From assembly GCA_028826165.1 (NCBI GenBank), contig JAPDFW010000070.1, forward strand, positions 186,001-250,000: a stretch of DNA of 64,000 nucleotides, written 5' to 3'. Position numbers and translations under genes: made by a program. The stretch is from Anaeramoeba ignava BMAN (lineage: Eukaryota; Protista; Anaeramoebae). Positions 13,901 to 27,481 of the stretch are shown here, piece by piece (the first letter of the stretch is position 1; the number at the start of each line of letters is the position of its first letter). The notes below the pieces were generated by a model. It saw only the letters and a program-made list of their open reading frames with translations. It was not told the origin of the DNA and did no database searches.

Positions 13901-16900
13901 AAGTTCTTTTTCAATAGCAACTTTCCATTTCTTCTTTGAAAGAACCATCTGCAATTCCCATGAATTTTGCGAATTAAAATTGCTCAAATCAATGCTAATT
14001 GGTGGTAAATTTTCTTGGTTTTCAAATTTCAATATTGGTGTAAAAAACTTATGGAAATAGAGGATAAAAGATTGGATGTGAGCATTAACTAATCTTTGCT
14101 TAGTGATTTTGTAATCAATAATTTTATTCTCTCCAACAATTTCTGCTTCTTTTTTTCCATCTGTTGAAAAAATTGGATCGCTTTCAATATTAATAAAGTT
14201 ATTTTTCTTTTCAATTTGATCGATACTAACTGATAAATCATCTATTGTTAATTGTTCATTTTCATTTTCATTTTCATTTTCTTCATCTCCACTTAAAGAA
14301 TCAAGAACTTTAAAAAAATGGAAAGCTGCAACAAAAATTAGCTCTTTTCTTTCTTCCATAATTTGTTGTTCTGGTTTTGATAAAATTTTATACATGCAAA
14401 ACAGTCTTTGTAATAGCTCAAGATATTTTGAACAAATTTGGCATTCTGAAACTTCAATCCCAAAAAATAATAATAGCAAAATAACTTCGAATATTTCCTT
14501 TTTTTTCAAGTTATCCTTTTGGAAAAAAAATCCTGAATCAATAAATCCGAATTTATCCAAAAATAGAATTATATTTTGCGCCAATTTTTCATTAAGTTGG
14601 GTTGTTGTATCTAAAAGAGATGACTTGTTTATTTTGTGTGAATAATTTAAAATCATTTCCTCTTTGATGTTATCGAAAAAAATAAAGTATCCAATAAAAA
14701 GAATTAAATCGCCAATATTTGATTCAAAATTTGCTTGTTTGATTTTCTTCATTTTTTGAAGAAGCTGGAATTTCAGCATCAAGGAATATTCCTTTTCATC
14801 TTCTTTCCAATCAATTTTAGATATTTCATATTCGATCAATTCATCAAGATCTTTCAACAATTCCTGGTAAAAAATGTGAATAAAAATGTTTTTTTGCTCA
14901 TTTAGAATTTGGTTTTCTTCTTGCATAATTCGAAGAATATTCAGCATGTTGAAAATATGCAGAGTTGAATTTTCTTGATCCATGAAAATAAATCTCAAGA
15001 CACATTTAATAATAGATAGAAGAACTTCATTGATTTTCTGATGCAAATTTTGATCTGAGTTATCTGGTTTTGGTATGTAATTTTCCAATGAAAATTCTGA
15101 AAAGAAAAATGCTTGCAAAATCCATTCTTGCCAATAGTTTTGATTTGCAAATATTTTCACATTTGCCTCATTTTCGTTGAATAAAGAAAAAAGTCGATTT
15201 GCAATATCCAATCCAATTTGATCCGAACTTTTGCGAACTAAATAGAAGAGAGTTTTCAAGATCCAAGGTGTTTGAATTTTAGCCAGTGATTTATTTTCCA
15301 TTTTTTGAGAATGAGGTAAGTTGATTAAAAGCAAATTGAATAGTTGTTCAGTTGTTTTTTGTGTTGGTTGATATTTGGAAACTACATTATGGAACATTTC
15401 AAATCCATGGGAAGAAGAAATTCTTGATTTGTGAATATTGAGTTTCTGATACATTTCTTGTAATTGATCTTTATCATTATCGTTATCTTTAGTGGGTGTT
15501 GTTAATACTGTTGGAAATGATGATTCCAAATCTTCTTTCTTTTTTATTTGAAATAAAAACTTGTGCAAATGGTAAATAGTTTCAAAGCATAAAACACGCA
15601 CTTTTTCGCTTGGATTATTGAGTAAAAATATAAACGGATCAAGAAAATTTAATTCGATCAAATCGTCGATCAAAATGAAAATATTTTTGAAAATGATTCT
15701 CAGAATTTGTTGGAGAACAGAAGAAATAATTTTGTTGTTTTGGATAACAAAGCATTTTGACAATAAAACTTGTAAATCGCCTCTATTATAATTCATATTC
15801 AACGATAACTCAATTAGTTGAAGAAATGATTGTCTCAGATTTAGTATTTGCTCGTTTTTGGGTTTTGTGCCAAGAATGGTTCCTGTTCTTTTATGAGTTT
15901 TTGTTTCAATTTTGGCGCGAGCATTACTTTCCTTTTCTGAATTTTCCCAGAAATACAAAACAATGATATCAAGTAATTCTCCAATTCTGAGGAATACATT
16001 TGAGTTTTTCTCGTTTGAATCGCTCTTTGTTTTGAAAGAGATGATGAATTTCAATGTTTCGATCAGTTTCAATTGTATTTCATAATCGCAATAAATCCAG
16101 AGATTGTAGTCAAGAAGGAAGTCATGAGTCATGTCTTTGATTAACTTTGGATTGTTTATTTGTGTGATCATTTCTTGAATTGAGTATATATGGTTTTCTG
16201 TGATATGGGAAGTGTTTATATGCTGATACAAATGGCTCAAAATCATAAATCCATGTGAACGGATCATTTCTTCTTGGTTAGTAGGGCTTTGGATCAAAAC
16301 ATTCTTTATAATATTGAATATTTGATTTGATATTTCTGGATCAATCGAATAATCAATAAGATTTTTATAGTTTTCTTCTGTTTTAAAAATGTCGATATTT
16401 TGAGAAGAGCCAAGCGGTTGATCTGATTGAATAATCAATGGGAAAAAAACGCTAATTCCGTTTGAGCGGTATATTGCATCGTGGATATTTGAGGTTTTTC
16501 CTTCAGAAACATTAACCAATTGCGCTTTTATACTGTTTGATTGGCTTTTCTCTATGAAATTGTCTTTATTTACTGCTTGGCTTTTTAGGCTCATAAACAG
16601 TTTTTTATGGAAGGAATCATCAAGAAATTCCTCTTTAGAAGGTATTTTATTTGAATTGATTATCCACTCTGCTTCTGAAAATGATAGAAAGTAATTCGAA
16701 GAGACTGAATACATTTCTTTGACTTCCATTTCTGATAAAGTGTCATTGAATAAATAAATCGAGCCCATTTGTCCGCAAAAGTAATTCCCACCAAAGGCAT
16801 GCGATCCAATATGATTATAATACAGATTAGAAAACGATGGATATTTTAGATTTTGTGAAGACTCTTGAATTTTGCCGTTGATATAAATATTGAATTTTTC

Positions 16901-19900
16901 AGGTGAAGATCCCTTATTTTCATGTGTAACCGCAATAAAATACCATTTTCTAATATGAAGCTCAAGATCCTTTTCTACTTTGTTTTGGTGTGATGATGAT
17001 GGATTCACAACAAAATTTAATTTTAATCCAATTTTTGATTTTTCATCTTCTTTCAAATTATCGTTTTTCTTTTGAGAATCAATTGCGCTAAAAAACAACT
17101 CAAATCCTTCCTTGTCTTTCGACATAAAACTAAATAATCTTGGGGAATAACTTTGGTTAGGTTGATTATGTGCTGTTTTGAATAACTTTCCAAGTCGAAA
17201 CCAAGTTACAAATGAATATCCCTTTTTGAAAGCTGATTGAGGAATTGAAGACAATTTTAAAGTTGAATTTTCACCTGAAAAATTAAAGAATGATTTTGGG
17301 AACTGTTCCTTTGTTTGCGTGATTTTATCGATAATCGATAAGATAAGCGAGCTTTTTGGTGGTCTGAAATTTCCTGGAAGACTTTTCAAATGAGAGAAAA
17401 ATAGCTTCAATTCGTTTGTTGTGATTCGAAGTGAAGAAATGATTTCAATTAGTCGAATAATTTTCTGTTTCATTTCCATTGGTTTTGGTGATTCTGAAAT
17501 TTTTATAATGAATTTAAACAAAAAGGGAATGAATCTTGCATAAGAACAAGCTGAGCGATTGAGAATTGATTGTTCGCATATTTTGAAAAATGTATCCAAA
17601 ATTTGGCAAAATATTTCTTGGTTTGATTTGGAAAATAGTTGCAATAAAAAAAGAGCTGAATCTCCATTTTGAATATGGAAATTTTTATCAATATCAAATT
17701 TCCCATTATTCACAACTATATCGAAAATGATTTCGCAAACTTGGTAGTCAATCAAACTATGGTTTATTTGCAAAATGTATTTTCGCAGATTTTTAAATCC
17801 AATTTGTTTTTTGAATATTTTAATATTGAGTGAATTATTTCTGAAAATAACTGAAAGTAGCACCAAAATATTTTTTAATAAATATGAAAGTAAAGGAGGA
17901 TCAATAAGTAGTTGTTCCAAAAATTTGTAAATTTCAATTTCCACAAACAATTTTTGAAGGAGTTGGCCATAACTAGATATAATTTTTGTGAGTAATTGCA
18001 ATATTTCTCTTATTGAATTTATTTGATTTTGATTTTCATTATTTATTTGATTTTCATTATTTCATTTATTCCATTTTCAATTGTTTGCTTGATTTCTAAA
18101 ATTCTTTTGAGAATTGCACAAGCTAAAAGTTCAAATTGATAGAAATTATCTTTGTTGATAAAGGAAAACAATTTGTGAATAATTGTGAATGAAAAATGTT
18201 TTGCTTGATTTTCATGAATCAAACTCAATAGTGTTGTTGCAGTTGAAGAATTATTAATCATGTAATTATTCGAAGGTTTATTCTGGAAAATTTGGGGTGT
18301 CATACAAATAAAATAAGAAAGAATTTGAAATGATAAATATCTTAATTTAATGAAGCTCCATAATTGATGTTGTTTCTCAATTTTTTCCTTCGAATTTCCC
18401 CAATTCTTCATGTGTATTTGATGGAAATAAAGCACTAAATCACAAATTTTAGCGAATATTTGTTCTCGAAAAATTTCAAATTTTTCTGGATCTTTTTGAC
18501 GATAAAATAATTGACAAATTGTTGAAAAAATATGATAAGCTAAATCGATGTTTGATTTGTTATGATAAACAATATTGATTAAATGTATAATTTGGGATGA
18601 ATGTGATAAATTGAATTTGTTAGAAACAAAAAAGGAAAATTGAAGAAGATAATCTCTTAAAATTTTGAATGATTGAGGAACATTTTCAACTGATTTAAAA
18701 TTCTATAGAATCAAATTATTGAAAAAATTTAAAAATTAAAATTTAATCTTTTTTTCTTGATTTTGATTATTTTTACCTCATTAAAATAAAAAAGAAAATA
18801 TTTGTTGAATAAATATTTCCAAAAAATTTTGCTTGCAAAAATTGGATGAATTGAAGTTTCAAATAATGATTGGAAAAATTTAAGAATATATAATTGCAAT
18901 CCTGGATTTTGATTTAAAAGATAATTTTTTGCAATTTGATTTTGTGGTTTTTGATCAGAATCTGTATTGAAAATATCCAAGCAAATTGATATTAATTTGA
19001 TATAAAGACGAGTTTTTGGCAAATCTAAGAAATGTTGTTCAATTGTATTTTGTGTTTGATTTTGAAGAACAATTTCATTTTCAAGAAAATTGGGGTTGTT
19101 GTTTGTTTTTGTTAAATATGATAATAAACTTAATTTGCAAATTTCAATTAATTCTTCAAAAAATTCTTCAAATTTTGTATTTAACACAATAGAACCAATT
19201 TCTGGTAATGGAAATTCAATTTCAATAACATTGTATTTCTTTTGAATTTGAGAAAAATCAATTAATTCCAATTGTGGATTTTGGTCAAATGGTATAAAAT
19301 TAAAAGGAACAGGTTCAGGTAATTCACTAACTAAATAAAGTAGTATTTTTCAAAAAGAAATAAAAATTATTCTTTTGTTTTTTTTTTTTTTAAAGAAAAA
19401 ATATTCAAATGAATATTACAATTGATTTCTTGATCCATTTCAATTTTTGTTGGGAATTTTGTAGAATGAATTTTTGTTGGAATATTAAATCCGATCCATA
19501 AAATAAAATCACCCAATAAATTAAAATTTGCATTTTCAACAATTTCTTGTTCAATAAATGGGTTTTTATCAATAATTTCACGAATCAATTTCAAAACAAT
19601 CATTCTTAAATGGAATGAAACCAATATTTCTTCTTGATGCATTTTTTCTTCTATATTTATTTGTATATTTTGGTCTGGTTGATTTTTATTTGAATGATCT
19701 GAAATGATTTTTGTGATGTTATCAAAAGAATTCTCAAATTTTTCTTTGGGTTGAATTTTAGGAAGTTGGAAATTTGAAGGAGGTAAATTTTCAATTATCA
19801 TTTTTGTAACTTGTGAAATTTGTTTTTCATTAAAAAGATTTTGATAATTAAAAACTCTGAGCATTTCTATCAATTTGAGTTGGAGATTGTATTCTCCAAG

Positions 19901-22900
19901 AGTTAAAACGAAATTTTGAGATAAAATGAGAAGGAAATGATTCAATTCTAAAAAAAATAATAAAAAGGATTTAAATTTGAATTTGAATTTAAATTTGATT
20001 TTGAATTTGAATTTGATTTTAATTTTAATTTTAATTTTGATTTTGAATTTGAATTTGATTTTGATTTTAATTTTGATTTTGATTTTGAATTTAAATTTGA
20101 TTTTGAATTTAATTTTGAATTTAAATTTGATTTTGATTTGAATTTGAATTTGAATTTAATTTTGATTTAATTTTGATTTAAATTTAATTTTGAATTTAAA
20201 TTTGATTTTGTTTTGAATTTAATTTTTGTTTTTACGAATGATTTTTTGAACTAAATCATTTCCTTCAACTAATTCTAAAATATGTTTCTTTTTTGGATAA
20301 AATTCAGGATCTATAAATAATTGAAATAGTCTTAAAACATTTGCGAGAATAAATTCAACAAAATCAATTTTTCTTGAAATTGAATCCAAATCTTGTTTTT
20401 CTTTCTAAAAATATTAAAATATTAAAATATTAAAATTTTTGGATTGATTTTCTTTTTGTTTTTTCTTTTGAAATTACTTCTTGGATAATATTTTCAAGTA
20501 TTGTAATTGTTTTGTTAATTAAATAAATTAAAATATTAATAATTCCAAAATCTTTTAATTGTTCTCTATTATAAAAGGAACTAGCTAATAAAGTAGCCAT
20601 TAATAAAGATATTCCACAATTTTGGGAAGATTGGGAAATTGTTAATTTAGATTGTTCAACATTTTCTTCAATATTTTCTTCCGATTTGGGTTCAAATTCT
20701 AATATTTCAAAAAAAATTTATATATTTAAATATTTAAAATGTATATTGCTAATAAAATTTTGAACCTGAATCAATCCATTGACAAAAAATTTTTAAGAAA
20801 CGAATTGTTTCATAAATTAATTCTGGAGGATGAATTTGATTTGATTTAATTGCTTGTTCAAATTGGGATAAATTTTTAAATTTTCTTGTTATTTTTGATT
20901 TAGAATGTTTTTGGTTTATAGCTCTTTTTTGAGGATGAGGAATCCAATTTTTATGAGAACGAAGGAAAAGTTTGGAGAATTTGAAATACCAATTTAATTT
21001 ATTTGACTACATTTATAAATAATTTAATAAATAATTTAATAAATAATTTAATAAATAATTTAATAAATAATTTAATAAATAAATTTATAAATAAATTTAT
21101 AAATAAATTAATAAATAAATTAATAAATAAATTAATAAATAAATTAATAAATATTTTAATAAATAATTTAATAAATAAATTAATAAATTAATAAATAATT
21201 TAATAAATAAATTAATAAATAAATTAATAAATAATTTAATAAATAATTTAATAAATAATTTAATAAATATATTAATAAATAATTTAATAAATAATTTAAT
21301 AAATAATTTAATAAATAAATTAATAAATAATTTAATAAATATATTAATAAATAATTTAATAAATAATTTAATAAATAAATTAATAAATAATTTAATAAAT
21401 AAATTAATAAATAATTTAATAAATAAATTAATAAATAATTTTATAAATAAATTAATAAATAAATTAATAAATAAATTAATAAATAAATTAATAAATAAAT
21501 TTAATAAATAATTTAATAAATAATTTAATAAATAATTTAATAAATAATTTAATAAATAATTTAATAAATAAATTTATAAATTGATTAATAAATAAATTAA
21601 TAAATAAATTAATAAATAAATTAATAAATAATTTAATAAATAATTTAATAAATAAATTAATAAGTAAATTAATAAATAAATTAATAAATAAATTAATAAA
21701 TAAATTTATAAATAATTTAATAAATAAATTAATAAATAAATTAATAAATAAATTAATAAATTAATAAATATATTAATAAATAATTTTATAAATAATTTAT
21801 AAATAAATTAATAAATAAATTAATAAATAAATTAATAAATATATTAATAAATAAATTAATAAATAAATTAATAAATAAATTAATAAATAAATTAATAAAT
21901 AATTTAATAAATAATTTAATAAATAATTTAATAAATAAATTAATAAATAAATTAATAAATAAATTAATAAATAAATTAATAAATAATTTAATAAATAAAT
22001 TAATAAATAATTTAATAAATAAATTAATAAATAAATTAATAAATAAATTAATAAATAAATTAATAAATAAATTAATAAATAAATTAATAAATATATTTAT
22101 AAATAAATTAATAAATAAATTAATAAATAAATTAATAAATAAATTAATAAATAATTTTTATAAATATATTAATAAATAATTAATAAATAAATTTTATAAA
22201 TAAATTAATAAATAAATTAATAAATAAATTAATAAATAAATTAATAAATATATTAATAAATATATTAATAAATAAATTAATAAATAAATTAATAAATAAA
22301 TTAATAAATAATTTAATAAATAATTTAATAAATAATTTAATAAATAATTTAATAAATAATTTAATAAATAAATTAATAATTAAATTAATAAATAAATTAA
22401 TAAATATATTAATAATTAAATTAATAAATAAATTAATAAATAAATTAATAAATAATTTAATAAATAAATTAATAAATAAATTTATAAATAAATTAATAAA
22501 TAAATAAATTAATAAATAAATTAATAAATAAATTAATAAATAAATTAATAAATAATTTAATAAATAAATTTAATAAATAATTTAATAAATAATTTAATAA
22601 ATAATTTAATAAATAAATTAATAAATAATTTAATAAATAATTTAATAAATAATTTAATAAATAATTTAATAAATAATTTAATAAATAAATTAATAAATAA
22701 ATTAATAAATAATTTAATAAATAATTTAATAAATAAATTAATAAATAATTTAATAAATAAATTAATAAATAAATTAATAAATAATTTTAATAAATAATTT
22801 AATAAACAATTTAATAAATAAATTAATAAATAAATTAATAAATAAATTAATAAATAAATTAATAATTAAATTAATAATTAAATTAATAAATAAATTAATA

Positions 22901-23475
22901 AATAAATTAATAAATATATTAATAAATAATTTAATAAATAATTTAATTAATAATTTAATAAATAATTTAATAAATAAATTAATAAATAATTTAATAAATA
23001 AATTAATAAATAAATTAATAATTAAATTATTAAATAATTTAATAAATAATTTAATAAATAATTTAATAAATAATTTAATAAATAAATTAATAAAAATAAA
23101 TAAATTAATAAATAAATTAATAAATAAATTAATAAATAAATTAATAAATAATTTTATAAATAATTTAATAAATAAATTAATAAATAATTTAATAAATAAA
23201 TTAATAAATAAATTAATAAATAATTTAATAAATAATTTAATAAATAAATTAATAAATAAATTAATAAATAATTTAATAAATAAATTAATAAATATTCTTA
23301 TTCTTTTTACTTCAATAGGTTTATATCTATTATTCCATTGTGTTGATAATTCATTTGAATTTGTGCAAAATTTAAAAAATAAATTTGATTGTTTTTGTGT
23401 AAATTTTAAACCAAAAATAGAATCAATTTGAATTGGTTTTTTAGATTCTTTTAAAATTTCTTTTAAAGAAGACAT
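7977..23475 (-). CDS. Neurobeachin/NBEAL-like BEACH protein (ARM, ConA-like, PH, BEACH, WD40), ~3,309 aa. Exons 23475-23311, 21006-20766, 20698-20478, 20404-20236, 19947-19420, 19330-18777, 18702-12436 (1-nt frameshift near 18060), 9760-7977
   Basis: BEACH motifs [73 protein letters not shown], followed by WD40 repeats. All splice phases are consistent and the total is a multiple of 3 after restoring one A near 18060. Confidence 0.9.
9829..12211 (+). mobile_element. Mutator-like (MULE) DNA transposon inside BEACH intron 9761-12435
   Basis: Perfect 54-bp TIRs (9829-9882 and 12158-12211, starting GGCTTGGTTTTGATTCTTGCCAAGTGGC); direct repeat TTTTTAAA at 9821-9828 and 12212-12219; encodes a MULE transposase. 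Confidence 0.95.
10085..11905 (+). CDS. MULE DDE transposase, split by two frameshifts (~10627 and ~10897)
   Basis: N-terminal YYRC...C...H zinc-finger-like segment; IDGTF, VTCDFE, GCFFHW and TNGPLEGYH motifs; C-terminal CSQCGKPGHNKVTC zinc knuckle. Confidence 0.88.
21009..23290. repeat. 12-bp A/T minisatellite (TAAATAAATTAA variants) filling BEACH intron 1 (21007-23310)
   Basis: About 2.3 kb of nearly pure A/T 12-mer between a GT donor (23310) and AG acceptor (21007) on the minus strand. Confidence 0.95.
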
Positions 23476-23559
23476 TTTAAGAAAAAAAAAAAATGAAAAA
23501 AAAATGAAAAAAAAATGAAAAAAAATAAAAATTATTTTTTCTTTTTTTTTCCAAAATAA
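23476..23559. promoter_or_regulatory. 84-bp bidirectional promoter between BEACH (-) and RRP4 (+)
   Basis: Divergent ATGs at 23475 and 23560; three TCATTTT copies on the minus strand at ~23490-23520. Confidence 0.6.
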
Positions 23560-24499
23560 ATGATAAACGAACCACAACGAATCGTAACACCGGGTGAGAT
23601 ATTAACACAGGAATCTGATTTTCTTCGGGGACATGGAGTTTCACTTCAGAATAATCAACTTACAGCAACAATTTCTGGAGTAGTTGAAAAGGTGAATAAA
23701 TTAGTATCAGTTGAACCACTAAAATCACGATATAATCCGCATGTTGGAGACATAGTAATTGGGAGAATCAACGAAGTTATGCGGAAAAAATGGAAAGTGG
23801 AAGTGAATTCAACTCAAAATGCAATTCTTTCACTTTCGGCAATTATTCTGCCTGACGGAATTCAAAGAAGAAGAACATCAACTGATGAAATGAATATGCG
23901 AAATTTCTACAAAGAAGATGATCTCATTTGTGCCGAAGTGCAAAAGATACAATGGCAAGAAAACAAGATATTTCTTCATACTCGAAGTTTAAAATATGGA
24001 AAACTTAAAATACGGTCAATTGATTATTGTTCCCCCAAGACTTATCAAAAGGAGCAAGTCCCATTACCTCACTCTTGCTTCGGAAGTGCTTCTTATTCTC
24101 GGTGTCAATGGATATTGCTGGATATCTTCTCCCGAAACTGTCCCCAAAATTGATAAAAAAAACACTGACAAAAATAACTGGTGGGTTTCAACTCATCAAA
24201 AAACTGATTTTGAGAAGGATTTATCAACTGATCCAAAAAGTGCCAAGCTTCGGATCAGGAAAAGATTTATCGACGATGAGTCCCAAAGATACAAGTCTTT
24301 CACTCAAGAAATGAGGGAAAAAATTGCAAGAACCAGAAACTCCATTTTTGTTCTTTCCACTTTGAATATGACTATTGACCCGATTGCAATTATGAAAATT
24401 TATTCCAAAAGTTTATCTCTTCAACTTGAAAGCAAAGACATGCTTGAGCCTAATAATATGATGAATTTAATTGATGCGAAAGAAGAAGAGAAGATTTAA
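23560..24499 (+). CDS. RRP4: Exosome complex component RRP4 (S1/KH), with one extra A at ~24007-24010
   Basis: IVTPGEIL, FLRGHG, RYNPHVGDIVIGRI, LPDGIQRRRT, LHTRSLKYGKL, then ILGVNGYCWIS in the shifted frame. Confidence 0.92.
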
Positions 24500-24596
24500 A
24501 TTTGATTAAAAATAAAAATAATAAAAATAATAATAAAAATTTTCCCTAAAAGAAAAAAAATTTTATTTTTCTCTTTTGTTTTGTTTTGTTTTGTTT

Positions 24597-27008
24597 TTAA
24601 ATTTTTTTTCGAAGTTCTGAATTCTCTTTTTTAACAATTCCAAGTTCTTTTTCAAGTAGATCAACAATATCTTCAAATTCTTTGATTGTTTTCATTGCAT
24701 TTTCCATTTCGATATTTTTTTCAAGAATTTTATCTTGGAAATAAGTAAGTTGGGATTGTTTTTCTTCTTCATTTTTTTTTGCTTCTTGGAATTGGAAAAA
24801 AAGTTGTTCGAGATCTTCGTTTCTTTGGTTTAAATCCTGAGCTAATTGAGAAAATTCTGTGCGAAGTTCCTCATTTTCTTCTTGGATTTGAGAATTGTGT
24901 TGGATTTGGCTTTGCATTTCCTGTCTGAAACTAGAATATTCATAATCAAGTTCGTTATATCTTGCCAAGATCTCATTTCTTTCTTGTTGGAAATGATTGA
25001 TTTGGTCGATCAAAATGATTTGCTCTTTTTCATAGTTTTCTTTTAGTATTTTGGCTTCTTTTTTGATATTTTTCAAATTTTTTGTTTCGTTAATGATTGA
25101 TAATTGGAGATCGATTGAGTGTTTTCTGTTTTCTTCTATTGTTTCCAAGAGAAACATTGGGAGGTCGTCGACATCAGTTACATTATCAGAATCGAAATCC
25201 AAATTAAGAGAGCCAAGTTTGTCGAAGAATTCTGTTGTTAGATTTACTTTTACCATTCCATTTTGTGCGTCTATGGTTTCTTGATTGAGTTTTTCTGATA
25301 ATCTCTGTTTTGATTTGTTGAGTTCTTCTTTGAGTTCTGTGTTTTGGTTTTGGAGAGATTCGTTTGCTTGTTTGGTTTTTTCGAGGTTTTGTGTTAATCC
25401 TTTTATTGTGTTTGATGTGTCTTCTTGGTATTTGTTTTGTTTTTTTATCAACTCGTTAATTGCTGATTTTTTCTCATCAAGTTGTGATGATAATTGTTTG
25501 ATTTGTTCCAAAGCATTTGTGTATTTATGTTTTCTTTTGATTTTCTTTTTTTTGTTTTCGTGTGCATTTGTTAGAATTTGGATTTTAAGTTGTTTGATTG
25601 TTTCGAGAAGATTATTTTTTTCTTCGATTTGGATTTGAGTTTGATTTTTATTTTCAATATCAATTTCTTTTTGAATTTGAATATCAATATCAATATCAAT
25701 ATCAGTTTGTGTTGATTCTTCAATTTTATCTTCAATTTGAATATCTTTTTTTTCAATTTCAATTTGAATATCAGTTTGTGTTGATTCTTCAATTTTATCT
25801 TCTTTAATTTCCTTTTCAATTTCAATATCTTTTTTTTCATTTTTATCTTCTTTAATTTCCTTTTCAATTTGAATATCAGTTTGAATTTGGATATCTTTTT
25901 TTTCAATTTCAATTTGAATATCAGTTTGTGTTGATTTTTCAATTTTATCTTCTTTAATTTCCTTTTCAGTTTCAATATCTTCTTGGATTTGAATACCTTT
26001 TTTTTCAATTTCAATTTGAATATCAGTTTGTGTTGATTTTTCAATTTTATCTTCTTTAATTTCCTTTTCAATTTCAATATCTTTTTGGATTTGAATATCT
26101 TTTTTTTCAATTTCAATTTGAATATCAGTTTGAATTTGGATATCTTTTTTTTCAATTTGAATATCTTTTTTTTCAATTTGAATATCAGTTTGAATTTGGA
26201 TATCTTTTTTTCCAATTTCAATTTGAATATCAGTTTGTGTTGATTCTTCAATTTTATCTTCTTTAATTTCCTTTTCAATTTGAATATCTTTTTTTTCAAT
26301 TTTATCTTCTTTAATTTCCTTTTCAATTTTATCTTCAATTTTATCTTCAATTTTATCTTCTTTAATTTCCTTTTCAATTTTATCTTCAATTTTATCTTCA
26401 ATTTTATCTTCAATTTTATCTTCAATTTTATCTTCAATTTTATCTTCAATTTTATCTTTAATTTTATCTTTAATTTTATCTTTAATTTTATCTTTAATTT
26501 TAATATCTTTTTTTTGATCTTGTTCCTCAATTTTCTTATTAATTTTTTTCAATTCTTCTTCAATTTTAATTTTTGAATTTTTAAGTTCTTCAATCTCATC
26601 AGCATATTTGCCAACCAAAGTAACTAAATTACGTCTAACTTCATCTGTTTTAAGCAAATCATCTTTAATTGATAAAATTGCATTATCTTTTTCCAAAATT
26701 AAATTTTGTTGAGATTTAATTTTACTTTCTAATTCTTCAATTTTTTCTTCAAATTGTTTTTCTTTTTCTTCAAATTGCTTTTCTTTTTCGTCAGTTTTGC
26801 TTTCTTTTTCCTTTTGAATAAGATTTTCTTGTTCTTTTGGTTGAAATAGTTTTTGACTTGTATAATCAGTTGTTGTTATTGATTTTTTAATTGGTTTTGT
26901 TTGTTTTTTTTGTGGTTTTATTTGGGATTGTTTGCTTTGTTGTGCTAATTCTTTTGCTTTTTTTTCATAAATATTTTTAATTTCAGAAACTGAGAAAAAT
27001 TGTGTCAT
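24597..27008 (-). CDS. Coiled-coil protein with a central repeat region bearing multiple TQT/IQT motifs (803 aa)
   Basis: Intact intronless ORF with E/K/Q-rich heptad ends; 5 STQT and 3 IQIQT motifs; EDKI 12-nt repeats. Confidence 0.75.
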   Translation of the reverse strand: MTQFFSVSEIKNIYEKKAKELAQQSKQSQIKPQKKQTKPIKKSITTTDYTSQKLFQPKEQENLIQKEKESKTDEKEKQFEEKEKQFEEKIEELESKIKSQQNLILEKDNAILSIKDDLLKTDEVRRNLVTLVGKYADEIEELKNSKIKIEEELKKINKKIEEQDQKKDIKIKDKIKDKIKDKIKDKIEDKIEDKIEDKIEDKIEDKIEDKIEKEIKEDKIEDKIEDKIEKEIKEDKIEKKDIQIEKEIKEDKIEESTQTDIQIEIGKKDIQIQTDIQIEKKDIQIEKKDIQIQTDIQIEIEKKDIQIQKDIEIEKEIKEDKIEKSTQTDIQIEIEKKGIQIQEDIETEKEIKEDKIEKSTQTDIQIEIEKKDIQIQTDIQIEKEIKEDKNEKKDIEIEKEIKEDKIEESTQTDIQIEIEKKDIQIEDKIEESTQTDIDIDIDIQIQKEIDIENKNQTQIQIEEKNNLLETIKQLKIQILTNAHENKKKKIKRKHKYTNALEQIKQLSSQLDEKKSAINELIKKQNKYQEDTSNTIKGLTQNLEKTKQANESLQNQNTELKEELNKSKQRLSEKLNQETIDAQNGMVKVNLTTEFFDKLGSLNLDFDSDNVTDVDDLPMFLLETIEENRKHSIDLQLSIINETKNLKNIKKEAKILKENYEKEQIILIDQINHFQQERNEILARYNELDYEYSSFRQEMQSQIQHNSQIQEENEELRTEFSQLAQDLNQRNEDLEQLFFQFQEAKKNEEEKQSQLTYFQDKILEKNIEMENAMKTIKEFEDIVDLLEKELGIVKKENSELRKKI

Positions 27009-27481
27009 TTTGATGTAATTTGAATATAATAAAAAAAAATTAAAAAAAAAAATGGAGAATAAAAAAAAATGAAAAATTATAAAATTATAAAATTATAAAA
27101 TTAAAATTTGTTATTTTTTATTTGAATAAACTATTTTCCGATTTTAAATTTGATTTTGATTTTAATTTTGATTTTAATTTTAATTTTGATTTTGATTTTG
27201 ATTTTAAATTTAATTTTGAATTTTGATTTTGATTTTGATTTTAATTTTAATTTTAATTTTGATTTTGATTTTAATTTTAATTTTAATTTTGATTTTAATT
27301 TTAATTTTGATTTTAATTTTAATTTTGATTTTGATTTTAATTTTAATTTTAAATTTTGATTTTAATTTTGATTTTAAATTTGATTTTAATTTTGATTTTA
27401 ATTTTGATTTTAATTTTAATTTTAATTTTAATTTTAATTTTAATTTTGATTTTAATTTTAATTTTAATTTTGATTTTGATT

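Noticed and set aside
21003-23290. LINN/LFIK repeat ORFs (21003-21191, 22774-23577) or a CRISPR-like array
   Set aside because: A pure 12-mer minisatellite with no unique spacers, lying inside a GT-AG intron. Only 23311-23475 is coding.
25571-26576. K/I/L-rich 319-aa ORF and antisense FIFN ORFs
   Set aside because: Alternative-frame readings of the repeat region of the 803-aa gene.
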